A program made the position numbers and the translations under genes. From Methylococcales bacterium (GTDB lineage Bacteria > Pseudomonadota > Gammaproteobacteria > Methylococcales > Methylomonadaceae), in the NCBI GenBank assembly GCA_030693155.1, contig JAUYBJ010000057.1:10275-74274 (forward strand): a DNA stretch of 64,000 nt, in the 5' to 3' direction. The notes beneath the pieces are model-generated. The model worked only from the letters and a program-made list of their open reading frames with translations, was not told the DNA's origin and ran no database searches. This document shows positions 44,287-54,429 of the stretch, one piece after another; positions within the stretch are counted from its first letter, which is position 1; the number at the start of each line of letters is the position of its first letter.

Positions 44287-45664
44287 TACACCACATGCAG
44301 CTTTCAAATCTCGTACTGTAATCGTCCTTATCAGTGCCAGTATTGCGCTAGGCGGTTGTGCTACTTTTTCAAAAGATGGTGGTTTTGGCGCTGTGCAAGA
44401 AACTGCTAAAAAACACATCAAGCAAGAAGTGGTATGGCCAAAAACTGAAAGTGAAAAGAATAAAGTCACAGAACGCGTAAACGAATTATTATCAAAACGT
44501 TTAGATGTAGAGCAAGCCGTACAAATTGCTATCCTCAATAACAAAGGGTTGCAGGCGGATTTTTATAATCTTGGTATATCGGAAGCCGATTTGGTGCAGG
44601 CTGGTCGTTTGCCTAACCCTAAGTTTTCTATGCTTTATACACGTAATGACGGTGATTATAAGATCGAACAAATTCTGACTTTTAATATTTTCTCGCTGAT
44701 AACCATGCCAAAAATGCAAGAAATCGAACGTCAGAGATTTGTGCAAACTCAGAAAAAAACCGCTTTTGAAGTGATTAAAATCGCCAATCACACACGTATA
44801 GCCTATTTCAATGCAGTCGCGGCAACAGAACAGGTGCGCTATAGCGAGCAAGTAAAGGAATCTGCAGAAGCCAGTGCTGAATTAGCAAGAAGGATGGTTA
44901 AGGCAGGTAACTTTAACAAGCTGCAGCAAGCACGTGAACAGAACTTTTATGCAGATGCAGCACTAGATTATGCAAATGCTAAAAATAAGCAAGTATCCGC
45001 ATATGAAGCGCTATCACGCTTACTAGGCGTATCAATTGATCAGCTGATTTTGGAAGAACGGCTACCTGACCTACCTAAGTCACTCACTGAGTTGCAGCCA
45101 TTTGAGAAAGCAGCTTTTGAACAGCGCCTGGATTTACAGGCCATCCGACTGGAAACTGATGCATTAGCTAAACAATTAGGGCTCACCAAGACGACACGTT
45201 TCATCAATGTGCTAGAAATTGGTCCTGCAAGAGTATTAGAAGGTCCTCGTAGCGAACCTTATAAAAAAGGGGTAGAGCTCTCATTCGAGTTACCAATATT
45301 TGACTGGGGCACTGCACGCGTCGCACGGGCTGAATCCATTTACATGCAATCAGTGAATCGGGCCGCACAATTAGCAATCAATGCTCAGTCTGAAATACGC
45401 GAGGCCTACAACACCTATCGTACCAATTACGATATGACAAAGCATATACGGGATGAAATTGTGCCGCTTCGCAAAAAAATTCTGCAAGAAAATCAACTTC
45501 GTTACAACGGTATGCTGATAAGTCCATTTGAACTATTTGGTGACGCACGCGCACAAGTTACCAGTGTGCAAAGCTATATCGAGTCATTACGTGAATTCTG
45601 GGTGGCCGATAGTGCATTACAAATGACGCTGATTGGTAACGAAAATATGATGGAAGGAAATTAA
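44276..45664 (+). CDS. Outer-membrane efflux lipoprotein (TolC/OprM family)
   Basis: Lipobox IALGGCAT. ATG 44276 follows AAAGGAGA and overlaps the previous gene by 11 nt. Size and repeat structure are OMF-like. Confidence 0.7.
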   Translation: MNTNTPHAAFKSRTVIVLISASIALGGCATFSKDGGFGAVQETAKKHIKQEVVWPKTESEKNKVTERVNELLSKRLDVEQAVQIAILNNKGLQADFYNLGISEADLVQAGRLPNPKFSMLYTRNDGDYKIEQILTFNIFSLITMPKMQEIERQRFVQTQKKTAFEVIKIANHTRIAYFNAVAATEQVRYSEQVKESAEASAELARRMVKAGNFNKLQQAREQNFYADAALDYANAKNKQVSAYEALSRLLGVSIDQLILEERLPDLPKSLTELQPFEKAAFEQRLDLQAIRLETDALAKQLGLTKTTRFINVLEIGPARVLEGPRSEPYKKGVELSFELPIFDWGTARVARAESIYMQSVNRAAQLAINAQSEIREAYNTYRTNYDMTKHIRDEIVPLRKKILQENQLRYNGMLISPFELFGDARAQVTSVQSYIESLREFWVADSALQMTLIGNENMMEGN

Positions 45665-45665
45665 A

Positions 45666-47060
45666 ATGGATTTTTCTAAATTTAGTAGGCGTGACTTTTT
45701 TAAATTAGCAGGTGCTGGCATCGCCGCATCTACTGTAAGCAAAGTCGCGATGGCCGCATTGCCAGAAATTGTTTCAACTGAACAAGCGAATACTCAGGCA
45801 CCATTACACCCCAATACTGGTAGACCATATAACCCTGTTGTCACACTCAATGGCTGGAGTCTTCCTTGGCGTATGAATAAAGGCGTAAAAGAATTCCACC
45901 TAGTAGCCGAACCAGTACTGCGTGAAATGGCGCCAGGTATGAAGGCTCATTTATGGGGTTATAACGGGCAAAGTCCAGGTCCTACGATTGAAGTGGTTGA
46001 AGGGGATAAAGTAAGGATTTATGTGACGAACCGATTGCCTGAAATTACCAGTATTCACTGGCATGGCCAGCGATTACCTAATGGCATGGATGGCGTAAGC
46101 GGGCTGAATCAGCCGCCCATACCGCCTGGTAAGACTTTTATGTATGAATTTGAGGCAAAGCGTGCGGGCACGTTTATGTATCATCCCCATGCTGATGAAA
46201 TGCTGCAAATGGCGATGGGTATGATGGGGAGCTGGGTCACACATCCTAAAAACCCAAAATTCATGCCTGTGGATCGTGATTTTGTCTTTCTGCTGAATGC
46301 ATATGATATTGATCCTGGCAGCTACACACCTAAAGTTAACACCATGTTGGATTTCAATCTATGGACATTTAACAGTCGAGTTTTCCCTGGGATCGAACCT
46401 ATTGTCGTCAAAAAGAATGATCGTGTTCGTATTCGCGTTGGCAATCTCACGATGACGAATCATCCGATTCATTTACACGGACACGAGTTTCAAGTCACCG
46501 GTACTGATGGTGGATGGGTTCCAGCTTCTGCTCGCTGGCCTGAAGTAACAACGGATATCGCTGTAGGACAGATGCGTGCTATAGAGTTTATTGCAAATGA
46601 GCCTGGTGATTGGGCATTTCACTGTCATAAAAGTCATCACACCATGAATGCAATGGGGCATGACGTGCCTACATTACTTGGCGTTAAACAAGGGGACTTG
46701 ATGAAAAAGATTGGAAATTTAGTACCTGAGTATATGCCGATGGGTGAAACAGGCATGTCTGAGATGACAGAAATGGCTGAGATGATGGATATGCCGCTTC
46801 CTGAAAACACTTTGCCTATGATGACTGGTAAGGCTCAGTTTGGTGCTGTTGAAATGGGCGGCATGTTCACTACAGTCAAAGTCAGGGAAGGGCTTGCCCG
46901 TAATGATTACAAAGATCCTGGTTACTTTAAACATCCTAAAGACACTGTGGCAGGCGAGGTTGCAAATGATTTACCTCCAGTAGAACGCTCAGATATGACG
47001 GTTCCTGAAAGTGGGGTGGAAATGAAAGTACGCAAACCGATGGGTCATACGGGGCATTGA
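45666..47060 (+). CDS. Tat-exported multicopper oxidase (short form)
   Basis: SRRDFFKLAG Tat motif. Copper ligand motifs HWHG, YHPHAD, HPIHLHGHEF, HCHKSHH. Met-rich segment. Confidence 0.8.
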   Translation: MDFSKFSRRDFFKLAGAGIAASTVSKVAMAALPEIVSTEQANTQAPLHPNTGRPYNPVVTLNGWSLPWRMNKGVKEFHLVAEPVLREMAPGMKAHLWGYNGQSPGPTIEVVEGDKVRIYVTNRLPEITSIHWHGQRLPNGMDGVSGLNQPPIPPGKTFMYEFEAKRAGTFMYHPHADEMLQMAMGMMGSWVTHPKNPKFMPVDRDFVFLLNAYDIDPGSYTPKVNTMLDFNLWTFNSRVFPGIEPIVVKKNDRVRIRVGNLTMTNHPIHLHGHEFQVTGTDGGWVPASARWPEVTTDIAVGQMRAIEFIANEPGDWAFHCHKSHHTMNAMGHDVPTLLGVKQGDLMKKIGNLVPEYMPMGETGMSEMTEMAEMMDMPLPENTLPMMTGKAQFGAVEMGGMFTTVKVREGLARNDYKDPGYFKHPKDTVAGEVANDLPPVERSDMTVPESGVEMKVRKPMGHTGH

Positions 47061-47205
47061 GTTAAAGTGGTTGACACCAGCTATACTAATAACTTAAAAA
47101 CTTAGTATAGCTGGTAATTAAAACTCTGTATTTAGAATGGAAATTAGGCTAAAAACAACTGAACGAGAGCCTGCCGCAAGGTCATCAACATTAAGGATAT
47201 TTATC

Positions 47206-47457
47206 ATGATTAACATCTGTAAATTACATGCATTTTCTTTGGCTACAACTCTGGGTGTGGCATATATTTTATGCGCCATTTACGATACGCTGTTCCCACC
47301 TTACGGGCTGCTCGCAGCACTTGCGTCAGCCAGTCCATGGCCGATATATGGCAGTCCAATAGGTTTCCTGACAGGATTCCTGATGTTCATAGCCGCTGGT
47401 TTTGTGCTCGGCGCGTTCTACGGAATCGCTTGGGGGTTCTGGAGCAAAAAACTGTAA
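47206..47457 (+). CDS. Small membrane protein (DUF5676-like), copy 2
   Basis: …ILCAIYDTLFP…GFLTGFLMFIAAGFVLGAFYG is related to 29765-30049. ATG 47206 is preferred over the track start. Confidence 0.4.
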   Translation: MINICKLHAFSLATTLGVAYILCAIYDTLFPPYGLLAALASASPWPIYGSPIGFLTGFLMFIAAGFVLGAFYGIAWGFWSKKL

Positions 47458-47657
47458 TGGGATGAGGTCAAAACTCAGAATCTAGGTAATTCATTCCGTA
47501 ACTACAAGGATTTTAACTCTGCAGCAGTATCACCATGACCTTATTATGTCGCCACATCATACGCATCAGGCACCTTGCTTGTCCTAGGCGAGGAAACAAC
47601 AACTTGAAGGCATATTACCCTGTAGGTTTATTCAACACCATTAAAAGGATTAACACC

Positions 47658-47909
47658 ATGCGAACTGAACAAATAAAAGTAACGGGTATGACCTGTGGCG
47701 GCTGTAGTAGCAATGTTACAAAAGCATTGAGGGCTGTAAATGGAGTAGATAATGTCATAGTTTCATTATCAGATGCTAACGCAACCGTGCAATACGATGA
47801 GAAGCTTACTTCTCCTGAACAATTAAAATCAGCAGTAATAGATGCTGGTTATGGCGTGGATGCATCAAATACTGCACAGAAAGCTCAAGGCAAGGGCTGT
47901 TGCGGATAA
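47658..47909 (+). CDS. copZ: CopZ-like HMA chaperone with C-terminal CCG
   Basis: VTGMTCGGC. ATG 47658 follows AAAAGGA. Ends QGKGCCG. Confidence 0.75.
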   Translation: MRTEQIKVTGMTCGGCSSNVTKALRAVNGVDNVIVSLSDANATVQYDEKLTSPEQLKSAVIDAGYGVDASNTAQKAQGKGCCG

Positions 47910-47939
47910 GTACTTTTAAATTATTAGGAGTGATTCGTC

Positions 47940-50270
47940 ATGAGCCTGGATAGCCCTGTATCGTCATTATTAAAAGATCCAGTCTGCGGTATGACGGTGA
48001 CGGGAAAGTCGCCTCATATTTTCAACTATAAGGGTGAGCCAGTTTACTTTTGTAGCGCAGGTTGTAAAGCAAAATTTGCTGCCGACCCAGCCAAGTATTT
48101 GGCTAAAGTTACAATCCCTGAAACCACAATATTAGCAACAAAATCTACGCTCTCAGCAGTCATCCCCACTGGTACGATCTACACCTGCCCGATGCACCCA
48201 GAAGTACGACAAGACCATGCTGGCGTTTGTCCTAAATGTGGCATGGCATTAGAACCAGAAATGCCTAGTTTAGAAGATGATGAGAGCCCTGAATTGGTAG
48301 ATTTCAAACGGCGTTTTATATGGACGCTGCCACTGACTATCAGCGTTACTACTCTGGCGATGGTAGGCCACAGGCTGCAATGGTTTGAAATGGCCACCCA
48401 AAGCTGGATTGAGCTCATACTTTCATTACCTATCGTGCTGTGGGCTGGTTGGCCGTTCTTTGTACGTGGCTTTCAATCCGTCACCAATCGCAGCCCGAAT
48501 ATGTGGACATTGATAGGCTTAGGCACTGCTGCAGCATTTATTTACAGCGTTGTGGCCACGGTTATACCAAATGTGTTCCCAGCATCTTTCATGGCAATGG
48601 GGCGCGTAGCTGTCTACTTTGAAGCCGCAGCAGTGATTATTTCGTTAACATTACTTGGCCAAATCTTAGAACTTAAGGCACGTTCACAAACTTCTGCTGC
48701 GATTAGATCTTTACTTGGCTTATCGCCTAAAACAGCCCGTAGGATTAATACGGATGGCACAGAAGAAGATGTACCCCTAACCCACGTGCATGTAGGTGAT
48801 ATGTTACGCATACGCCCAGGTGAAAAAGTACCAGCGGATGGTGTCGTCACAGAAGGTGCAAGCGCTGTGGATGAGTCCATGCTCACTGGTGAGCCTATGC
48901 CCGTGACTAAAAGTATTGGTGATAAGCTCATTGGCGCAACGCTTAATACCAACGGCGCATTAATTATGCGCTCAGAAAAAGTAGGTTCGCAAACGGTGTT
49001 GGCCAGTATTGTACAAATGGTCATCCAAGCCCAACGCTCTAAAGCGCCAATGCAACGCATGGCCGACCAAGTGGCAGGCTATTTTGTAGTGACGGTTGTT
49101 GGTATTGCGCTGCTAACATTTGTAGTCTGGGGAATATTTGGGCCAGAGCCAAGCTGGGTATATGGCTTAATCAACGCGGTTGCGGTACTTATCATTGCTT
49201 GTCCTTGTGCTTTAGGCTTAGCAACGCCTATGTCAATCATGGTTGCTACTGGAAAGGCTGCAACTCAGGGCGTGCTATTTCGTGACGCAGCTGCCATTGA
49301 AAATTTCCGCAAAGTTGACACTTTAATTGTAGACAAGACTGGCACATTAACCGAAGGTAAACCCCGCTTTAATCAAGCTTTAGCAATATCTGGTTATACC
49401 GAAGATGAGGTGTTGCGCCTAGCAGCAAGTCTTGACCAAGGTAGTGAACACCCATTAGCGGATGCCATTGTGAAAGCCGCGCGTGAAAAGAGTTTAGCTA
49501 TCAATAAAGTAGAGAATTTCGAATCCAGTACAGGCATTGGTGTGCAAGGTCGTTTGAATGGTAAACAATTGGCATTAGGTAATACAGCGCTAATGACACA
49601 GCTTAATATTCAAATAGAATCATTAAAAGCACAAGCAGAAGAATTACGTGCTACAGGTGCTAGCGTCATATATCTAGCAGTTGATGGTCAGCTTGCGGGA
49701 TTGCTATCAGTATCAGACCCAATCAAAGAAAGCACAGTCGAAGCATTAGCCACACTAAAAGCGTCTGGCATGCGTGTCGTTATGGCGACAGGTGATGGCA
49801 TTGTGACAGCAAAATCAGTGGCTGCGAAATTAGGAATTGAAGAATTCTACGGAGAAGTCAAACCAGCCGACAAACTTGCATTGGTCGATAAGTTACAACG
49901 TGAAGGGCGTGTGGTGGCAATGGCGGGAGATGGTATCAACGATGCGCCTGCGTTAGCCAAGGCCGATGTAGGTGTGGCAATGGGCACAGGGACTGATGTA
50001 GCAATGAATAGTGCACAAGTCACACTCGTTAAAGGGGACTTGCGTGGTATTGCGCAAGCGCGTGCCATCTCTGAACAGACCATTGCAAACATGAAACAGA
50101 ATTTAGGTTTTGCTTTCGTCTATAACGCTTTGGGTGTGCCATTAGCCGCAGGTGTACTTTACCCATTTACAGGTTGGTTACTCTCGCCGATGATTGCAGC
50201 ATTGGCTATGAGTTTGAGTTCAGTTTCTGTGATTACTAACGCATTACGTTTGAGAAGATCTAGCCACTAA
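47940..50270 (+). CDS. copA: Cu(I)/Ag(I)-type P1B ATPase with YHS and CPMHPE…CPKCGM N-terminal metal sites
   Basis: [17 protein letters not shown]…[11 protein letters not shown] ([12 protein letters not shown]), [17 protein letters not shown]. Confidence 0.85.
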   Translation: MSLDSPVSSLLKDPVCGMTVTGKSPHIFNYKGEPVYFCSAGCKAKFAADPAKYLAKVTIPETTILATKSTLSAVIPTGTIYTCPMHPEVRQDHAGVCPKCGMALEPEMPSLEDDESPELVDFKRRFIWTLPLTISVTTLAMVGHRLQWFEMATQSWIELILSLPIVLWAGWPFFVRGFQSVTNRSPNMWTLIGLGTAAAFIYSVVATVIPNVFPASFMAMGRVAVYFEAAAVIISLTLLGQILELKARSQTSAAIRSLLGLSPKTARRINTDGTEEDVPLTHVHVGDMLRIRPGEKVPADGVVTEGASAVDESMLTGEPMPVTKSIGDKLIGATLNTNGALIMRSEKVGSQTVLASIVQMVIQAQRSKAPMQRMADQVAGYFVVTVVGIALLTFVVWGIFGPEPSWVYGLINAVAVLIIACPCALGLATPMSIMVATGKAATQGVLFRDAAAIENFRKVDTLIVDKTGTLTEGKPRFNQALAISGYTEDEVLRLAASLDQGSEHPLADAIVKAAREKSLAINKVENFESSTGIGVQGRLNGKQLALGNTALMTQLNIQIESLKAQAEELRATGASVIYLAVDGQLAGLLSVSDPIKESTVEALATLKASGMRVVMATGDGIVTAKSVAAKLGIEEFYGEVKPADKLALVDKLQREGRVVAMAGDGINDAPALAKADVGVAMGTGTDVAMNSAQVTLVKGDLRGIAQARAISEQTIANMKQNLGFAFVYNALGVPLAAGVLYPFTGWLLSPMIAALAMSLSSVSVITNALRLRRSSH

Positions 50271-50282
50271 ATTACTTGCCAG

Positions 50283-50486
50283 TTACTTTATAAAATCAGA
50301 TTTTCTTTTGGCTTTTCGCTTGGCCAATGTATCAACCATCCTACGCTTAGAGTCTTCTTGATACTTTGCCGCCAGATCGGGAGGAAAACCAAGATCAAGA
50401 AATATGTTGGTGCCCGGTTTAGTGATATGTGATGAACCATGGAACTGTGAATCAATTTTAGGTAATTCTTTTTTCAATTTGCTCAT
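50283..50486 (-). pseudogene. HigA/XRE-antitoxin N-terminal fragment (no HTH)
   Basis: …KPGTNIFLDLGFPPDLAAK… resembles the sGNvFaDLGf leader of HigA2-type antitoxins. The ORF ends before any HTH region. Confidence 0.3.
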
Positions 50487-51057
50487 TCTCCATACCTCAT
50501 ATAGAAAAGGCCACAAACCTTACACGGCATTATCCGACTCTCAAGACCGGGTGCGGAACGTAAAGTTGATGAGCATATATCAATTGTATAACTCTTAATT
50601 AAAAAGAGAAATTGCTTTGATGGAAGCATATCTGTGCCGCCCGAAAAAGAACCATCTAAGTGTGTTAGCGCACAGACTGTCATTATTGATAAGCAGATTA
50701 TCCGAAGGGTTAAACTTTTTCTCGTCAGGCATTCATTAACATAATAATTGTTTCAGATAAGTTAAGCATTTATGCATCCCTTGACATAGATCAAAGAAGG
50801 AAGAAATAAGCTTTGATAATATTTGTTTAGCAGAGTATATTTTTAACGACACAACACTTATGGAGACTGAAAATGAAAACACATTTGTATGTTGCTAGCA
50901 CTTTAGTTTGGTCTTTTAACACTCAATGCTTATGCGACAGATAGCAACCTAGATGAAGCTTCTACGAAGACCAAACCTCATTCTCGCCCAATTAATATCT
51001 GATAGTTTCTATTTTTTAATCTACTAGGAGTTTTTTATTATGAGAAGGACTGACACA

Positions 51058-51447
51058 ATGAAAACCTCAATACTGATTTCTTCGCTCGTTTCAATTATCT
51101 TCGCTGCTCCTATCGTATCAGCGAATGAGATGACCTTAGGCACGGTCCCGCATTCAATACGGATTAGTGCTAATGCACACGAGTTGCTGAGTGTGCAGCC
51201 CTCATCACAAGTAATTGTCTCTGATTTTCATCTGGCCATGATGGATGAAATGGAAGATATGGATGAAATGAACGATAAGGGCAAAATGAAAAATAAAGAT
51301 GGTAAGGCTAAAAAGGGAGTTGGGAAAAAGGGCACAGCACAGCCTTCAGGCAAAAAATCAGCACCAGTTGATAGCAATCCTCCATCCACTGAAATGTCTA
51401 ATACGCCCGCTCCAATGACTGAGTCTCCTCCAATGTCTGATATGTAA
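51058..51447 (+). CDS. Secreted low-complexity Met/Asp/Lys-rich protein
   Basis: Signal peptide …APIVSANE, then MMDEMEDMDEMNDKGKMKNKDGKAKKG and a Pro/Ser-rich tail. Confidence 0.45.
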   Translation: MKTSILISSLVSIIFAAPIVSANEMTLGTVPHSIRISANAHELLSVQPSSQVIVSDFHLAMMDEMEDMDEMNDKGKMKNKDGKAKKGVGKKGTAQPSGKKSAPVDSNPPSTEMSNTPAPMTESPPMSDM

Positions 51448-51483
51448 TTCAACTTCAAGGTGCTTGCAGATACTTTTTGAAAG

Positions 51484-53676
51484 ATGGTAACTACTTTAAT
51501 GAGACCTTTTTTTACGAAAACTCGTTTTTTTTCAAAACTTTCAGTGTTTCAGTGGATCAGTCAAATCATACGAATTTTTGACTTGGTAGTGCTGGTGGTT
51601 TTATTGGGGCAATCACCAGCATTCGCGCAACCAGAGCAGAGTGATCATGAGTCTCATCATCCCGTTGCTGCGCCTAGTACCACTCCATCTAGTAGTATGC
51701 CATCAAGTAACCCACCAATTAGCAATACACCAAATAACCCAACTCTGGATGCCGCTAGTCCCGATGCCGCTCTGATGGGTAGCCCAGGACCTGAACAAAA
51801 TTCTCTGCAAAGCTCCCCGTCAATGCCAGGCTCTACAACTAGTGGAGCGGGAATGATGGAGGGCATGCAGAAAATGATGAAAGACATGATGGCTCCCAGC
51901 AAGCAAGATGGCGTCGAAGGCTGCTGCGGGGCAGGGGGATTGCGCAAAGAGCTTTACCCTTACCTGATGAGCCTACCCGCATGGACACGTGAGGGTAGGC
52001 TTGATGTAGAGCGTCTTGCTCAAGAGCGCGTACGCGAAAGCACGAGTATTCTCCAGACTTCACACACAAGCTTATTGAAAGCACTGCAAACAAGCGACAT
52101 CAAGGCAGCCGAGCGAGCACTACAGCAATCTCGCGATAGTTTGGGCCTGATAGCAAGTGGTGTCGCCGCGCATCGACTCCTTATCGAAGGCGCGCCGCCG
52201 CAGGATGTTGCCGCACAATGGTTTAAGCTAGAGATGAACCTTGCGCCTACTAGTATGGCTGGCGATTCTGATGTATTGCATGGTGTGACGCCTTTACACC
52301 TATTTGCGATGGGTCTGCTCATAGCTTTTGCACTGGCGATGGTCGTCATGTATTTCTTCAAGATGCGCCGCGCAGCAAAGCTCTTTGGGCGTATTAAGTC
52401 TGACTCTGGATCACCGCCACCTGGAGCGGCACCACCACTTAGCGGAGCACCCAGCCCGCCTTCGCGAGTGACTCCGCCAGATGCAAACTTAGCATCACCT
52501 AAAGTTTTACCGCCCTCCACAGTATCCGATCCAAAGTCGCCCGCTGCTGAAAAGCCTCAGGCGACTGACTCATTGCCTAAAGAGTCCTTTACCGCCTTAA
52601 ACGCGGTAAAGGACTTAGCGTCGCCACTAACTGCTAATTGGCGAGGTCGGCTGCGTGTGGGGAGTATTATTAGGGAAACGCCGAACGTCAAAACCCTGCG
52701 TCTGCTACCTGTATCTAGCGCTAGCCTCATGCCTTTTACCTTTGTTCCCGGTCAGTTCCTCAACCTCTCGTTTTCGATTGGCGGGGCGAGAATGAATCGC
52801 TCCTACTCTATCTCATCTTCCCCAATGCGGCGGGAATACGTAGACTTGACAGTGAAACGAGAGCCACGAGGTGCAGTCTCTCGGCATATCGATGATCTGC
52901 TCAAGGTTGGCAACGAGATCGAGGTGGGTGGTCCCGTCGGGCGGTTTACGTTTACTGGCGCAGAGGCACAGAGTATTGTACTGATCTCTGGCGGCGTGGG
53001 AATCACCCCTATGATGAGCATCGCGCGCTATCTGACGGAGCAGTCGTGGCCTGGCGACATCTATTTTATCTATGGGTGTAGTACTCCGGCAGAATTAATT
53101 TTTGCCAAAGACATTGCAGAGCTTCAGGCTGCGAATCCAAAGCTGAACGTCACAGTCACGATGTCGCGTCCAGAAGGCACTGACTGGAAAGGTTCGCAGG
53201 GACGCATCACCAAAGAATTGTTAGCGCAGGCGGTACCTGACATTGCTTCGCGCAGGATCCATCTCTGTGGGCCGCAGGTGATGATGGAAGCGGTCAAGGC
53301 GTTACTTGCTGAGTTAAAGGTTCCCCCAGAACAGGTGAAGACCGAGAGTTTTGGTACAGCGGCACCCACCCCCGCAACCGACGGTACAGCCGCAAAACCC
53401 ACCACTCCTGCGACTGGTCCATTGGTCACTTTTTCTAAGAACAACAAATCAGCCAAAATTCATGTTGATCAGACTATTTTAGAGCTCTCCGAAGAATTAG
53501 CTATCGGTATAGAGTTCTCTTGTCGCGTAGGAACTTGCGGCATTTGCAAGGTAAAGATGACTTCTGGTGAAGTCGAGATGGCGGTAGAGGATGGACTCGA
53601 TGCAGACGACAAGGCCAATAATATCATTTTGGCCTGTCAGGCAAAGCCAAAGGGTCCTGTCGAGGTCGAGGCGTAG
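51484..53676 (+). CDS. Single-pass membrane protein: periplasmic Met-rich/helical domain + cytoplasmic FNR-like reductase + 2Fe-2S ferredoxin
   Basis: N-terminal signal (…SPAFAQ). GMMEGMQKMMKDMM. TM at about aa 270-292 followed by KMRRAAK. RSYS (FAD), GGVGITP (NAD(P)H), C680-x4-C-x2-C-x29-C718. Confidence 0.7.
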   Translation: MVTTLMRPFFTKTRFFSKLSVFQWISQIIRIFDLVVLVVLLGQSPAFAQPEQSDHESHHPVAAPSTTPSSSMPSSNPPISNTPNNPTLDAASPDAALMGSPGPEQNSLQSSPSMPGSTTSGAGMMEGMQKMMKDMMAPSKQDGVEGCCGAGGLRKELYPYLMSLPAWTREGRLDVERLAQERVRESTSILQTSHTSLLKALQTSDIKAAERALQQSRDSLGLIASGVAAHRLLIEGAPPQDVAAQWFKLEMNLAPTSMAGDSDVLHGVTPLHLFAMGLLIAFALAMVVMYFFKMRRAAKLFGRIKSDSGSPPPGAAPPLSGAPSPPSRVTPPDANLASPKVLPPSTVSDPKSPAAEKPQATDSLPKESFTALNAVKDLASPLTANWRGRLRVGSIIRETPNVKTLRLLPVSSASLMPFTFVPGQFLNLSFSIGGARMNRSYSISSSPMRREYVDLTVKREPRGAVSRHIDDLLKVGNEIEVGGPVGRFTFTGAEAQSIVLISGGVGITPMMSIARYLTEQSWPGDIYFIYGCSTPAELIFAKDIAELQAANPKLNVTVTMSRPEGTDWKGSQGRITKELLAQAVPDIASRRIHLCGPQVMMEAVKALLAELKVPPEQVKTESFGTAAPTPATDGTAAKPTTPATGPLVTFSKNNKSAKIHVDQTILELSEELAIGIEFSCRVGTCGICKVKMTSGEVEMAVEDGLDADDKANNIILACQAKPKGPVEVEA

Positions 53677-53678
53677 CC

Positions 53679-54425
53679 ATGAATGAGCGAGAGCGAGAAG
53701 GTATCGTCGTTACTGGCGTAATCAGCATTCTGCTTTTGACTTGGCTCGGCTTTTTCCTGCATCGCTCACCACTTTTTCCGGGCAGTGGAATTGGGGCAGT
53801 ATTCGGCATAGTGGGGGCAGTACTCATGCTGCTGCCCCTTGTTTACACGGTCGCAAAGCGTATTCCTTTCTTCAACGCCCGAATAACACCGCTCATTTCG
53901 ATGCAATCTTTGATGACCATGCACGTTTACGCTGGTATCGTTGGCCCGCTGCTCGCGATTATTCATACTGGTCACAAATTCGATAGCTGGCTGGGAATTG
54001 CCCTGACGACAGTGATGCTGCTGGTTGTTGTGAGCGGATTTGTGGTTCGGTATCTGCTCACTTTTGTCGCCAATGACATGAAAGAAAAATTGGCCCTGCT
54101 ACAAACGGCTAGGGGTGATCTTGACGCTGCTTGGGGGGTGATCGAGAACGCTCAAGCCGAAACGAGCGCTCTTCGGAAAGCGCCTAGATTCATGGCCAGT
54201 CTCGCGTCATTGGTAAACATGCGTCCTGCTAGTGAACCCGCAGCTGAGGTGACGCGTATCGCCGATTCAGTGGCAGACCTGGAGTACTCGGTGCGCATGC
54301 ATGAAATCTTCAAGTTTTGGTTCGGCTGGTCTCTAAAGCTGCATATCGTTCTCTCCGTCTTTCTGTATCTTCTTCTCACTTTGCACATCTGGGCTGGCGT
54401 GCAATACGGGCTTAGGTGGATTTGA
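53679..54425 (+). CDS. 5-TM membrane protein with two His-x13-His pairs (putative dihaem b carrier)
   Basis: H82/H96 sit in one TM segment and H222/H236 in another. Starts 2 nt after the previous stop. Confidence 0.45.
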   Translation: MNEREREGIVVTGVISILLLTWLGFFLHRSPLFPGSGIGAVFGIVGAVLMLLPLVYTVAKRIPFFNARITPLISMQSLMTMHVYAGIVGPLLAIIHTGHKFDSWLGIALTTVMLLVVVSGFVVRYLLTFVANDMKEKLALLQTARGDLDAAWGVIENAQAETSALRKAPRFMASLASLVNMRPASEPAAEVTRIADSVADLEYSVRMHEIFKFWFGWSLKLHIVLSVFLYLLLTLHIWAGVQYGLRWI

Positions 54426-54429
54426 ACGC

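Noticed and set aside
47535-47657. Long N-terminal extension of the CopZ-like ORF (the track starts at 47535), and likewise for 47137, 24362 and 61713.
   Set aside because: The extensions are Arg/Cys-rich, lack an RBS, and precede internal ATGs that have good Shine-Dalgarno sequences and canonical protein N-termini. The shorter starts were adopted.
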